A stretch of DNA of 64,000 nt, taken from contig CAWBMV010000012.1 of NCBI GenBank assembly GCA_963789955.1, positions 384,001 to 448,000 on the forward strand, read 5' to 3'. Both the position numbers and the translations under genes were made by a program. Of the stretch, positions 1 through 9,697 are shown piece by piece. The stretch's first letter is position 1; every line of letters begins with the position of its first letter. Under the pieces are notes generated by a model. It ran no database searches, was not told the origin of the DNA, and saw only the letters and a list, made by a program, of their open reading frames with translations. The DNA comes from an uncultured Candidatus Rokubacteria bacterium. GTDB lineage: Bacteria; Methylomirabilota; Methylomirabilia; Rokubacteriales; CSP1-6.

Positions 1-467
1 GCTGTCGCCGGCGCCGTTGCGCAGCCCGAGATTGCCGTCACGCCCACGGCCCTGTGAGCTTCGGCAGGGTTACTATCGAGACGTCCGCCACTCGGACCTG
101 GTCGTTCGGAGCACGAGTGCCGATACCGTCATGGTCACGGTCTGTACCGGCCCCCTTCAGCATCGACTTCGGCAGTCCGTTCACGCTCCTCGGGCCCGGA
201 GCGACCGCGGAGGTGACCATGAGGTTCACCGCCACGAGCGCTGCGACTGCGAGCACGAACGTCAGCTTCACTGCGAACGGCGATACACAGTCGAGGCTCG
301 TGACCGGCATCGGCACGACTGCCGCGGATATGAGGCCGCTCCTGCCGGCCGGCCGTGTCGGCACCGTAACCCAATCCCCCCCCGCGATCGGGCCGTCCAA
401 TGATGCGGAGGATCCTCGGGCCATTATCGACTGGCTATTGGAGCGCTCTTCATCGCGTAGACGGTAA
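1..467 (+). CDS. C-terminal part of a probable secreted protein with an Ig-like (choice-of-anchor D/ASH-like) domain; 5' end probably outside the window
   Basis: ORF 54..467 reads APFSI..GSPFTL.PGATAEVTMRFT...ASTNVSFTANG....VTGIG, a beta-sandwich pattern, followed by a Pro-rich tail. Confidence 0.45.
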   Translation, partial: CRRRRCAARDCRHAHGPVSFGRVTIETSATRTWSFGARVPIPSWSRSVPAPFSIDFGSPFTLLGPGATAEVTMRFTATSAATASTNVSFTANGDTQSRLVTGIGTTAADMRPLLPAGRVGTVTQSPPAIGPSNDAEDPRAIIDWLLERSSSRRR

Positions 468-575
468 GCAGCCAGCGTTCGGCGTTTCGTCCAGCCGTGC
501 CATCCGTTCGAATGTGATCGCACACGGACACGCCACCGTGAGCAGATAGCCATTCCACGCAGGGATTCTGCATGA

Positions 576-1955
576 TCAAGGCGCACCAGGCACCGGGATC
601 GTGAACGTAAACGTCGAGCCGGAGCCGAGCCGACTGTGCACCCAGATCCTCCCGCCGTGGAGCTCGATGAACTTCCGGCACAAGGTGAGACCCAGGCCTG
701 TCCCTTCCGCCTTCTTCTCGGCGGTCCCGACCTGGCGGAACTCCTCGAACACCGCCGCCTGATCTTCGGGCGCGATGCCGATCCCCGTGTCGCTGACCGA
801 CACCTCGATGGATCCATCGCGCCGCACAGCTCCGACTTCGATCCGTCCGCCCTCCGGGGTGAACTTGATCGCGTTCGACAGTAGGTTCAAGACGACCTGC
901 CTGATCTTCCGCTCGTCAGCCTGAACCCAGCCCAGCCGATCATCCACGCTCATTTCGAGGGTGATGGCCCGCCGCGTGGCCCGCTCGCGAACCAGAGCCA
1001 GGGCGTTGTCGAAGGCGGTGGGCAGATGGAATTCCGCTAGCTCTAGCTCCATGCGTCCGGCCTCGATCTTCGAGAGGTCGAGGATGTCGTTGATCAGCGT
1101 GAGCAGATGAGTGCCCGAGGCATGGATGTCCTTCAGGTACTCCGCTTGCTTCTCGTTGAGCTCACCGAACATGCGGTCCGCCAAGACCTCGGAGAACCCG
1201 ATGATGGCGTTCAGCGGCGTCCGCAGCTCGTGGGACATGTTCGCGAGGAACTCGGACTTGTGTTGGCTCGCGACCTCGAGCTGTCGGCTTTTGTCCTCGA
1301 TCTCCAGGAAGAGCCGGGCGTTCTCGATGGCGATGACCGCCTGGTCGGCGAATGTCTTCATGAGCGCCACCTGCCGGTCGGTGAACGCGCGCGGCTCGAC
1401 GCGCACGACATTGATCACGCCGATGGGCTCGCCGTCGCGCAGCATGGGCACGGCCAGGAATGCGCGATAGCCGAGCTCGAGTCCCAGTTGCTGAGAACGC
1501 GAGGCCGTCTCGGGACCCGGAACGGTGACGTCGGTCACGTGGATCACTTCGCGGCGCAAGAGGGCTCGTCCGGACATCGACTCGGGGCCGGGGGGAGCGG
1601 GGTAGGAGCGAGCGATCTCCTCGACGGCCCGCGGGGAGAACGCGTGATGGGCGATGATGCTGAGCTCGTGCCCATCGTACCGAAACGCGATACCGAAGAA
1701 CCCGTCGCACAGCCGGACAGCATTCCGCACGATCGTCTCGAATACCTGCTGGATGTCCGTGCGGGAGCGGCTGATCACCTGCAAGATCTCGCCGGTGGCC
1801 GTCTGCTGCTCGTGGGCCTCACGCAGGGCCTTGGCGACTTCTGCAAACGACGGCGTACGGGAGCCGCCGGGTGTGACCGACTCGAGCGGCGTCCCGCATT
1901 CGTCGCAGAATTTCGCGCCGGTGCGCCGATCCCGCTGGCACTGCGGACACTGCAT
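576..1955 (-). CDS. GAF sensor histidine kinase with N-terminal double zinc ribbon
   Basis: CPQC..FCDECG; GAF ([14 protein letters not shown]); H-box SHELRTPL; N-box [11 protein letters not shown]-boxes DTGIGI and GTGLGL; SD GGAGG upstream. Confidence 0.92.
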   Translation of the reverse strand: MQCPQCQRDRRTGAKFCDECGTPLESVTPGGSRTPSFAEVAKALREAHEQQTATGEILQVISRSRTDIQQVFETIVRNAVRLCDGFFGIAFRYDGHELSIIAHHAFSPRAVEEIARSYPAPPGPESMSGRALLRREVIHVTDVTVPGPETASRSQQLGLELGYRAFLAVPMLRDGEPIGVINVVRVEPRAFTDRQVALMKTFADQAVIAIENARLFLEIEDKSRQLEVASQHKSEFLANMSHELRTPLNAIIGFSEVLADRMFGELNEKQAEYLKDIHASGTHLLTLINDILDLSKIEAGRMELELAEFHLPTAFDNALALVRERATRRAITLEMSVDDRLGWVQADERKIRQVVLNLLSNAIKFTPEGGRIEVGAVRRDGSIEVSVSDTGIGIAPEDQAAVFEEFRQVGTAEKKAEGTGLGLTLCRKFIELHGGRIWVHSRLGSGSTFTFTIPVPGAP

Positions 1956-2245
1956 GTCGCCCTCCGGAGTCCTCGCGCTGACGGCTGAGAACCGCGGGGC
2001 CGAGACTAGACCGTCGCCCGGCCGGCGGTCAACAGACGCGGCGGGGGGTTTGGCTCCCTCGGTGCCCCGGGAAATGCCGTTCGTAAATAGATCGCCGGCC
2101 GCGCATTAGCCGTGCCACACTGGGAGGGTCTGGTCGCGGCGCAGGTCCATTGCGGATCCTTCCTTCACCAGACCATGACTCTGGCGCAGTCTTCCGCGTA
2201 CCAGGGAGTGCCGTCAACGCGCGGGAGACCTGTGGGAGGCGTCTC

Positions 2246-2551
2246 ATGGCCCAGAAACTCTTCATCGGCGGCCTGCCGTTCTCGACGTCCAGCGAACGGT
2301 TGCGTGAGGTATTTGCCCAGGCGGGGGTGGTCGAGTCGGCGCAGGTCGTGACTGACCGGGATACCGGCCGTTCGCGCGGTTTCGGGTTCGTCGAGATGGC
2401 GACTCCCGAGGAAGCCGATCAGGCCATCAGCCGCTTCAACGGCACGAATCTCGACGGCCGGTCCATTCAGGTCGAGAGGGCGAAGGCCCCAGGGTCAGGT
2501 GGCGGTGCCTCGCGCGGCGGCGGCGGCGGCCAGAGCCGGGGGCGGTGGTAA
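2246..2551 (+). CDS. RRM RNA-binding protein with Gly-rich tail
   Basis: RNP2 KLFIGGL, RNP1 RGFGFVEM; ATG at 2246 after GGAGG. Confidence 0.93.
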   Translation: MAQKLFIGGLPFSTSSERLREVFAQAGVVESAQVVTDRDTGRSRGFGFVEMATPEEADQAISRFNGTNLDGRSIQVERAKAPGSGGGASRGGGGGQSRGRW

Positions 2552-2555
2552 GCCC

Positions 2556-2774
2556 GTGCAGGTCGGCGCGGTCTCGACGCCGCAGGATGATTCCCGCTGG
2601 CGGTGGCGCATCGTCAACTACGCTGGTGAGGTCGTTGAAGAGTCACGCGATAGCTTTCCGACGATTGCCAGCGCTGTCGAGCACGGCTCGAAGCGGCTCA
2701 AGCAGATGGACGCCGTCGACAACTCCGTCCCCTACCAGCCCCATCGCTCGACACGACGTCTACGGGTGCCCTGA
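2556..2774 (+). CDS. Small hypothetical protein (WRWRIV motif)
   Basis: Fills the gap between the RRM stop and the rpsU start; GTG at 2556; plausible globular composition. Confidence 0.6.
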   Translation: MQVGAVSTPQDDSRWRWRIVNYAGEVVEESRDSFPTIASAVEHGSKRLKQMDAVDNSVPYQPHRSTRRLRVP

Positions 2775-2978
2775 GTGAAGATCGTCGTTTTCGACAACCA
2801 GGTCGACGCGGCTCTGAAGCAGCTCAAGAAGCAGATGCTGAAGGACGGCCTCTTTCAGGAGATGAAGCGGCGGGAACACTACGAGAAGCCGTCGGTGAAG
2901 CGGAAGCGCAAGTCGGCTCAGGCCCGGAAGAAGAGGCGGAAGGCCCTCAAGCGGATGGCCCAGCATGAGTCGGACTAG
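2775..2978 (+). CDS. rpsU: 30S ribosomal protein S21
   Basis: AALKQLKKQ..KDGLFQEMKRREHYEKPSVKRKRK signature. Confidence 0.95.
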   Translation: MKIVVFDNQVDAALKQLKKQMLKDGLFQEMKRREHYEKPSVKRKRKSAQARKKRRKALKRMAQHESD

Positions 2979-3125
2979 AGGGCCGGTGCTGAGGTAGGAA
3001 GGGCCGCGCGTTCCGATCGGCCGGACGCAAGGTCGGGTGGTTGCGGGTGGGCTGGGCGTTGTGCTTGAATTGTCGCCGAGATGCAGCCCGCAGCGATGAG
3101 GCGCATGGCGTAGCGTGATTCCGCG

Positions 3126-4274
3126 TTGAGGCTGTCCGGGCCTCATCTTCTCCCCGTCACGATGTTCTTCGGCTCGTTCGCGTGGTCGTTCGTCTTCGTG
3201 AGCCTGCCCTTTCACATCCAGCGCGTCAGCACCCTGGAGCCGACCGCCACGTTGCGATGGACGGGGTGGATCGTCGGGATCACCTCGCTCGTCACGGTGC
3301 TGACCGCACCGATCTGGGGTCGCTACGCCGCCCGCGGCAACCCGAAGGCGTGCTACGTGGCGGTCGAGGCGCTGCAGGGCCTCGGTTTCTTCGTGATGGC
3401 GCTCGCACGTACCCTGCCGGAGCTCTTCTTCGCTCGGCTCATCCTCGGCGCCATGGGCGCGGCATCGACGCTCGGCTTCATCATGGTCGGGCGCGGCGCG
3501 GAGGGCGGGGAGGTCCGCCGCCGGGTGGCCGCGCTGCAGTCGTCGATGACGGTCGGGCAGGTGATGGGGCCTCTCTTCGGCGCGATCGCCGCCGCCCGGC
3601 TCGGCATTCGCGGCTCGTTCGTGCTGGGCGGCATCATCTTGATTGGCTGCGCGGCGCTCGTTCACTGGGCCGTCCCCCGGCCGCCGGACGCGCAGCAGGC
3701 AGGAGCCGCCGCTCGGCCCGTCCGGCCTCGGGAAGTCGCGGCGGTCACCATGGTCGTGCTCGGCGGGTCGATCCAGGTGTTCTACTTCACGTCGATCCTG
3801 CCGCACGTGCTGCCCGGCCTCGGGGTCGAGGCGGAGCGCACCCTGGAGGTCGGAGGCGTGTTGATCTTCGTCTCGGGAGTCGCGGCGGCCCTCGGCGCCC
3901 TGGCGGTGCCACGACTGGGTGAGCTGTTCCCCGAGCGGAGGCTGATCGGAACTCTCCTGGTCGCCTCGTCGATTTCGGTCGCCGCGCTGGCGGCGGTGGG
4001 GTCCGTGTGGGCCTACGGCGGGCTGCGATTCGTGCAGGTGCTGTCGATCGCGCCCGTGTTCCCGCTGGTCGTGTCGCGAGTCGTCCAGCACGCGGGCGGC
4101 TCGGCGATCGGTGTGATCAACGCCGCGCGCATCGGCGCCGGCTTCATCGGTCCGGTGGCCGCCACCAGCTTGCTCGCGTGGACGTCGCCGGCGGTCGTCT
4201 ATTGCCTGCTGGCGTCGATCGGGCTGGCTTGCCTCCCCCTCGTCCGGATGCGCGAGAGCGGGGCGCGGACGTGA
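3126..4274 (+). CDS. MFS transporter (DHA1-like)
   Basis: About 12 hydrophobic segments; APIWGRYAARG, ARLILG and GQVMGPLFG motifs. Confidence 0.85.
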   Translation: MRLSGPHLLPVTMFFGSFAWSFVFVSLPFHIQRVSTLEPTATLRWTGWIVGITSLVTVLTAPIWGRYAARGNPKACYVAVEALQGLGFFVMALARTLPELFFARLILGAMGAASTLGFIMVGRGAEGGEVRRRVAALQSSMTVGQVMGPLFGAIAAARLGIRGSFVLGGIILIGCAALVHWAVPRPPDAQQAGAAARPVRPREVAAVTMVVLGGSIQVFYFTSILPHVLPGLGVEAERTLEVGGVLIFVSGVAAALGALAVPRLGELFPERRLIGTLLVASSISVAALAAVGSVWAYGGLRFVQVLSIAPVFPLVVSRVVQHAGGSAIGVINAARIGAGFIGPVAATSLLAWTSPAVVYCLLASIGLACLPLVRMRESGART

Positions 4275-5368
4275 ACGGCGGCGAGCGCCCGCTCGTCGAT
4301 ATCCGACTCGACGAGCTCGACACGCGCGGGGGAGTGCCGCCCGGCGTATGCGGGATCACGCAGCACGTCCGCTATGGCGAGTTCTTCACGTTTCTCGGCC
4401 CGCCGAAATCCGGCAAGTCCGACGTCCTGCGCGCGATCGCCGGGTTCCTGCCGATCACGCGGGGGCGCGTCCTCGTCGACGGCCACGACATCTCGGCAGT
4501 ACCCCCACGTCTTCGCGGCGTCGGCTACGTCTTCCAGGACGGCGCGCTGTGGCCCCACATGGCCGTGCGGGAGCACGTGGCGTTTGGTCTTCGGCAGCAG
4601 GGCGTGCCCGCTGACGAGATCACGCGACGAGTGGCGACCGTGCTCGGCCGGCTTCGCCTCGCGAGCGTGGAAGCGCACAAGCCGGCGGAGCTCAGCCTGG
4701 AGCAGCGCCGCCGTCTTGCTCTGGCGCGCGCGCTCGCCGTCGAGCCGCAGGTGTTACTCCTGGACGAGCCGCTCGCGAACCTCGATCCGACGGCGCGCAA
4801 GTCGCTCCGGCTCGAGCTGACCAAGCTCCACCGGGACCTCGCGGTGACGACCGTGCACGCCACGCGCAACGCGGCGGACGCGCTGGCGCTCTCCGATCGC
4901 CTCGCCGTGATCGACGGTGGGCGCGTCGTGCAGGTGGGCGATCCGGCCGAGGTCTACCATCGGCCCCGGAGCCGGGCCGTCGCCGAGGCGCTTGGGCCCG
5001 CCAACTTCCTTCCGGTTCGTGTGATCGAGCTCCGTGACCTCGGCGTCGTCGTGGAAACCGAGCGCGGCGACCGTGTGCCCGTCGCCGGCATGGGCACACA
5101 TCGGCTCGGCGATCGCGGCCTCCTGGTCCTCAGACCCGAAACCCTGTCGATGACCGAGGCCGCGATGGCGCGAGGCCCGAGCATTCCCGGGCGGATCTCG
5201 CTCCGGGTCTTCGAGGGCTCCCGTCACCTGTACGAAATCGAGATCGGCGCCCAGGCCCCGGTCCAGGTCGAGCTCCCGGACGCCGGCGAAACCCGCATCT
5301 TCCGCCTGGGCGACCAGGTCCGCGTAGAAATCTCCACCGAAACCGTCGTCCTGATCCCCGACAGCTAG
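4271..5368 (+). CDS. PotA/MalK-type ABC ATP-binding protein with TOBE domain and degenerate motifs
   Basis: Walker A GPPKSGKS, Q-loop VFQD, Walker B LLLDEP; GTG overlaps the MFS stop. Confidence 0.85.
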   Translation: MNGGERPLVDIRLDELDTRGGVPPGVCGITQHVRYGEFFTFLGPPKSGKSDVLRAIAGFLPITRGRVLVDGHDISAVPPRLRGVGYVFQDGALWPHMAVREHVAFGLRQQGVPADEITRRVATVLGRLRLASVEAHKPAELSLEQRRRLALARALAVEPQVLLLDEPLANLDPTARKSLRLELTKLHRDLAVTTVHATRNAADALALSDRLAVIDGGRVVQVGDPAEVYHRPRSRAVAEALGPANFLPVRVIELRDLGVVVETERGDRVPVAGMGTHRLGDRGLLVLRPETLSMTEAAMARGPSIPGRISLRVFEGSRHLYEIEIGAQAPVQVELPDAGETRIFRLGDQVRVEISTETVVLIPDS

Positions 5369-5541
5369 GCCCGGTCCGCAGTTAGCTCCCGCTCCGCGCA
5401 TCACCGGCGCCGACCCGCCCCGCAGACATCGATTCTGAGACTCTGATCCCGAAGCTAAGCCACTCAGCATCGATCCGACGCGCAAGCGATCTCGCAGGCC
5501 CTCGACGTAGACCATCTGGCCACGGTGTGAGCGCTGGCAGA

Positions 5542-5684
5542 CGGGCGGGGGCGAGGGGGCGGGGGCAGCCCTCCGCGACCTGTGTAGTCAGGCTTGTCCC
5601 GAAGCGGCGCTCCTCAGAAAAGTCCAACCCGCGCGGTGGCTACCAGGTCGCGGAGGGCTGCCCCCGCCCCCTCGCCCCCGCCCG
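5542..5684. repeat. Perfect 41-bp inverted repeat with 61-bp spacer
   Basis: 5542-5582 is the exact reverse complement of 5644-5684. Confidence 0.9.
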
Positions 5685-5709
5685 ACTCCCGCGCGCGCCA
5701 AGCGAGACC

Positions 5710-6475
5710 CTAGATGGTGTAAGTCCGATCCTGCTCGAGAATCGAAATGCGAGACGAATCGATGCGCGCGAGCTCTTCGCCAACTTCCTCGTGAAACTGC
5801 GGCTTCACGTGGAAGATCCAGACCGGGACGTCGGGCGGCAGCTTGTCGAGCTCGCGACGGATCAGCGCCGGCGTCATGTGCTTGGCGACCTGAGCGAGCG
5901 GCCCCAGCCGATTCGGGAAGGCGCACTCGAGAATGATCGCGCGGAGGCCTCGTAGGCTCCGCGCCGTGTGCCAGAGCGCTTCGGTGGGACCCGTGTCTCC
6001 CGAGTAGATCAGGCCGCGTCGAACCGTCGTGGACGATGAGTCCCGCCGCCGGCACGGAGTGGCTCACGGCGACCGGCGTCACCCAGAGATCGGAGACCCG
6101 CTGCTCGACGTCTTCGATCAAGGACCGGAACTTCACGACCGGCACGTCGGGGTGGGGGATCTTGCTGAAGTCGGGCCAGAGCGCATTGTTGAAGACGTTG
6201 GAACGGAGCGCGGTGATCACCGGATCGATGCTGCTGATCGTCACCGCCGCGCCGACCTCACAGAACGCGAGCGTCTCGGTCAGGTAGACGAGCCCCGCGA
6301 TGTGATCGAGATGCGCGTGCGAGATGATCGCGTGCTCGATCGCGAGCTGTTGTGGAACGCTCAGGGCGCCGGTGACCGAGCCGCCATCGAGGAGGATCTT
6401 GTCGTTGATGAGGAAGGACGACGGGCGATGCCCCAGCCCTTCGCCTCCGAAGGCGCCGAGCACGCGAATTCTCAT
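5710..6475 (-). CDS. Class II 3',5'-cyclic-nucleotide phosphodiesterase-like MBL-fold hydrolase (apparent frameshift near 6015)
   Basis: MRIRVLGAFGG, SHAHLDH, FNNALWPDF; the other frame continues YSGDTGPT..ECAFPN..HMTP..FHVKP. Confidence 0.85.
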
Positions 6476-6526
6476 CGCCTCGATGATACTAACACACCGG
6501 AATCGTTGTAAGATGGCGCGAAGCGC

Positions 6527-7198
6527 ATGGGCGACGAAACCTTCGATTATCCGACGATGGCGCGCGCGTTGATCGTGGGCGACAAGGACACGGTCGCCCG
6601 GAAAACGCGCGAGGGCCTCGATCTCTCGCTCGATCCGAAGGCGCTCATCTTCAAAGGACTCATCCCCGGCATGGACGTCGTCGGCGAGAAGTTCCGCCGC
6701 AACGAGTACTACGTGCCCCAGGTGCTCCTGTCGGCGCGCGCGATGTACGCGGGGCTCGACCTGCTCAAGCCGCTCATCACGGCCTCGGCGCGCGGCGGCG
6801 ACTATCTGGGCATCGTCGTGATCGGCACCGCTCAGGGCGACCTGCACGACATCGGCAAGAACCTCGTCGCGATGATGCTCGAGGGCGCCGGGTTCAAGGT
6901 GGTGAACCTCGGCCGCGACGTCGCGCCCGAGGCATTCGTCTCGGCGGTCGGCGAGCACGGCGCGAACCTCGTCGGCATCTCGGCCCTGATGACCACGACC
7001 ATGCCCGCGATGAAGCGCACGATCGACGCGCTCATCAAGGCCGGCCTGCGCGAGCGCGTGAAGGTCATGGTCGGCGGCGCGCCGGTGAGCCAGGCGTTCG
7101 CCGACGAGATCGGCGCCGACGGCTACGCCAAGGATTCCACCCTGGCCGTCGTCAAGGCCAAGGCGCTCGTGGCGGCGCGCGCCGAGGTCGCCTCGTGA
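6527..7198 (+). CDS. Corrinoid (B12-binding) protein, MttC/MetH cap plus Cob domain type
   Basis: GDLHDIGKNLV (DxHxxG), SALMTTT, VMVGGAP. Confidence 0.95.
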   Translation: MGDETFDYPTMARALIVGDKDTVARKTREGLDLSLDPKALIFKGLIPGMDVVGEKFRRNEYYVPQVLLSARAMYAGLDLLKPLITASARGGDYLGIVVIGTAQGDLHDIGKNLVAMMLEGAGFKVVNLGRDVAPEAFVSAVGEHGANLVGISALMTTTMPAMKRTIDALIKAGLRERVKVMVGGAPVSQAFADEIGADGYAKDSTLAVVKAKALVAARAEVAS

Positions 7199-8115
7199 CG
7201 GCGCGCGGGTGGCAGGTCGTCGAGCGTGTGCGGGCGGGCGAGACGCTCGTGTTCGACGGCGGCTACGGCACCATGCTGTTCGCGGCCGGGCTCACGAACG
7301 GGGCGTGTCCGGAGCTGTGGAACGACACGCACGCCGACGTGGTGCAGGGGATTCACGCCGGATACTTCGGCGCCGGCAGTCACATCGTCGAGACGAACAC
7401 GTTCGGCGGCACGCGGCTGAAGCTGAACGAGTACAAGATCGGCGACCGGACGCGCGAGCTGAACGAAAAGGGCGCGCGGCTGGCGCGAGCCGCTGCGCCG
7501 GCGGCGGGCTACGTCGCCGGCTCGATCGGGCCGACGAGCCGCCTGCCGATCGACTACGCGCTCGACGACGGCGTCACCGACGAGGAGTACGTCGAGACGT
7601 TTCGCGAGCAAGCCGAGGCGCTCGCCGAGGGCGGTGTCGATCTCTTCGCGGTCGAGACCATGATGTTTCCGCAGGAGTGCACCGCCGCGATTCGAGCCTG
7701 CAAGGCCGCCGCCGATCTGCCGGTCATGGCCACGATGTTCTTCCAGTACGAGGAGCTCCACGACCGCGACCGGACCATGTGGGGCGAGAGTCCCGCGGAG
7801 ATTGCCAAGAATCTCCTCGCCGCCGGCGCCGACGTCATCGGCATGAACTGCGGGCGCGGGCCGGATCGCGCGATCGTGATCATCCGGGAGATGCGGCGGG
7901 TCACCGACGCGCCGCTCGTCGCCTATCCGAACGCGGGGCTGCCGGTCACGACCGGCGACACCGTGACGTACGAGCTCGGGCCCGACGAGATGGCGCGCGA
8001 GTACCCGGCGCTCCTGGACGCCGGATGCAACATCGTCGGCGCGTGCTGCGGCTCGAACCCCGAGCACATCCGCCGTATCGCCGAGGTCGTGCAGGCGCGC
8101 CAGAAGCATCGGTAG
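7195..8115 (+). CDS. Homocysteine S-methyltransferase domain protein (stand-alone MetH Hcy module)
   Basis: DGGYGT, ETNTFG, GSIGPT, GMNCG, PNAGLP and GACCG zinc ligands. Confidence 0.93.
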   Translation: MTARGWQVVERVRAGETLVFDGGYGTMLFAAGLTNGACPELWNDTHADVVQGIHAGYFGAGSHIVETNTFGGTRLKLNEYKIGDRTRELNEKGARLARAAAPAAGYVAGSIGPTSRLPIDYALDDGVTDEEYVETFREQAEALAEGGVDLFAVETMMFPQECTAAIRACKAAADLPVMATMFFQYEELHDRDRTMWGESPAEIAKNLLAAGADVIGMNCGRGPDRAIVIIREMRRVTDAPLVAYPNAGLPVTTGDTVTYELGPDEMAREYPALLDAGCNIVGACCGSNPEHIRRIAEVVQARQKHR

Positions 8116-8840
8116 TGGCCCAGCAGCTTCCCACCGGCTCCCGCGTTTTCACGACGCTCCCGCTCGCGATCGACCCCGACGAGGTTCTGCGCTTCCAGGG
8201 CTACAAGAAGTCCGTCGACACACCCGGTCCCGAGGTGCTGGCGCTCTTCGATGAAGCGCTGGCGCTCGGCCGCACCTTGATCGCCCCGCGTGCCGTCGTG
8301 CGGTGGCTTCCCGTCACGCGCACCGGCGCCGACACGATCGAGGCGGGCGGCGTCACGTTGACGATTCCGAACGTCGAGCGTCTCTGGGGCTCGATCGAGT
8401 GGCTCGCGGCGGCCGTGTGCACGATCGGCGATGGGCTCGAGCGGCGCGCCGCCGAGCTGTGGGACACGCGCGAGCTGCCGCTGGCCGCCATGCTCGACAG
8501 CGTCGGGTCGGGCGCGGTCGAGAGCCTGGCGGAGTACGTCAACGATCTCTTCTGTCAGGAGGCGATCCCGCTCGGGCTCCCGGTCACGAACCGGGTGAGC
8601 CCCGGATACGGCCACTGGGACGTGACCCAGCAGCAGGCGTTGTTCGAGATGTGCCCCGGCGACACGATCGGCGTGACCCTCAACGAGGCCTGCTTCATGA
8701 GCCCGGTGAAATCCATCTCGCTGCTGGCCGCCGCGGGGCCGCACGCGAAGGTCGACCACTACTTCAGCCAGTGCTCGCGCTGCTGGATGCGCGACTGCGC
8801 CTACCGCCGCACCCCCGCCCGAAACACCGTCCACCGCTAA
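8115..8840 (+). CDS. B12-dependent methionine synthase reactivation-domain protein
   Basis: AVCTIG, DSVGSGAVE, RVSPGYGHW, MSPVKSIS and C-terminal CxxCxxxxCxYR. Confidence 0.85.
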   Translation: MAQQLPTGSRVFTTLPLAIDPDEVLRFQGYKKSVDTPGPEVLALFDEALALGRTLIAPRAVVRWLPVTRTGADTIEAGGVTLTIPNVERLWGSIEWLAAAVCTIGDGLERRAAELWDTRELPLAAMLDSVGSGAVESLAEYVNDLFCQEAIPLGLPVTNRVSPGYGHWDVTQQQALFEMCPGDTIGVTLNEACFMSPVKSISLLAAAGPHAKVDHYFSQCSRCWMRDCAYRRTPARNTVHR

Positions 8841-8961
8841 CCCCGATGCGATCCGGCCGTACTTCGGTCAGCGAATCCGTCCAGCCGCTAGGCCTCAAAG
8901 ATCTCGCCGGCCCCTCGGACAGTCCATCGGCAGCGGGTGACGAAGCGAGGTGCGGAAGCGT

Positions 8962-9115
8962 GCGACGAACGGGTGGCGCCGGGGGGCGTACCCACGCGAG
9001 CGGCGGAGTGGGCCCCCCTCGTCTCGCGCGCAGCTCGAAGAGCTGCGAATCGAGCGAGCGGGTGACGCAGCCGGTCGCGTGGGTACGCCCCCCGGCGACA
9101 GGCCCCGTTCGTCGC
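8962..9115. repeat. Long interrupted inverted repeat / structured intergenic element
   Basis: 8977-8999 pairs with 9075-9097 (23 bp); 8962-8973 pairs with 9104-9115 (12 bp); inner hairpin GCAGCTC-GAA-GAGCTGC. Confidence 0.8.
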
Positions 9116-9172
9116 GCACTACCGCCAACCCACATCGCCTCCAGCGTAAGGGTGATCTGATACGATGCGGGG

Positions 9173-9697
9173 ATGCGGCGGGATAACGTGATTCTCGTGG
9201 GGTTCATGGGCGCCGGGAAATCGGTGTGCGGACGCCTACTTGCCCGTCGTCTCGGGCGTTGTTTCGTCGAGACGGACGACATGATCGTCGCCGGCGAAGG
9301 CCGCTCGATCCCCGAGATCTTCCGTGAGGCCGGCGAGGCCCGATTCCGCCAGCTCGAGGCCGACACCATCGAGAGCCTCAAGCTGAAGTCGGGTGACGTG
9401 ATCGCGACCGGCGGCGGCATGCCGTGCCGTGACGGCCGCATGGAGCTCCTGCGCGAGCTCGGCACCGTGGTGTGGCTCGACGGCGACGTGCGCGAGCTGC
9501 ACGAGCGCGCCAGCCGGATCGGCAACCGGCCCATGCTCGAGAGCCGGTCGATGACCGAAGTCGAGGAGCTCTATCGGTCGCGGCAGCCCTACTACCGCCG
9601 GGCGCACATCACGATCGACACGACCGGGATCGGCGCCGATCAGGTCGTCGCGCGTATCTTGACCGCATTGCGGGAGGCGCATGCCGTACGAGCTTAG
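9173..9697 (+). CDS. aroK: Shikimate kinase
   Basis: LVGFMGAGKS, GEARFR.LE, IATGGG, NRPML. Confidence 0.95.
   Translation: MRRDNVILVGFMGAGKSVCGRLLARRLGRCFVETDDMIVAGEGRSIPEIFREAGEARFRQLEADTIESLKLKSGDVIATGGGMPCRDGRMELLRELGTVVWLDGDVRELHERASRIGNRPMLESRSMTEVEELYRSRQPYYRRAHITIDTTGIGADQVVARILTALREAHAVRA

Noticed and set aside
6476..6526. Cobalamin or SAM riboswitch before the corrinoid operon
   Set aside because: The gap is only about 50 bp and is taken up by divergent promoters; no B12-box or S-box consensus was recognised here or at 8841-9172.
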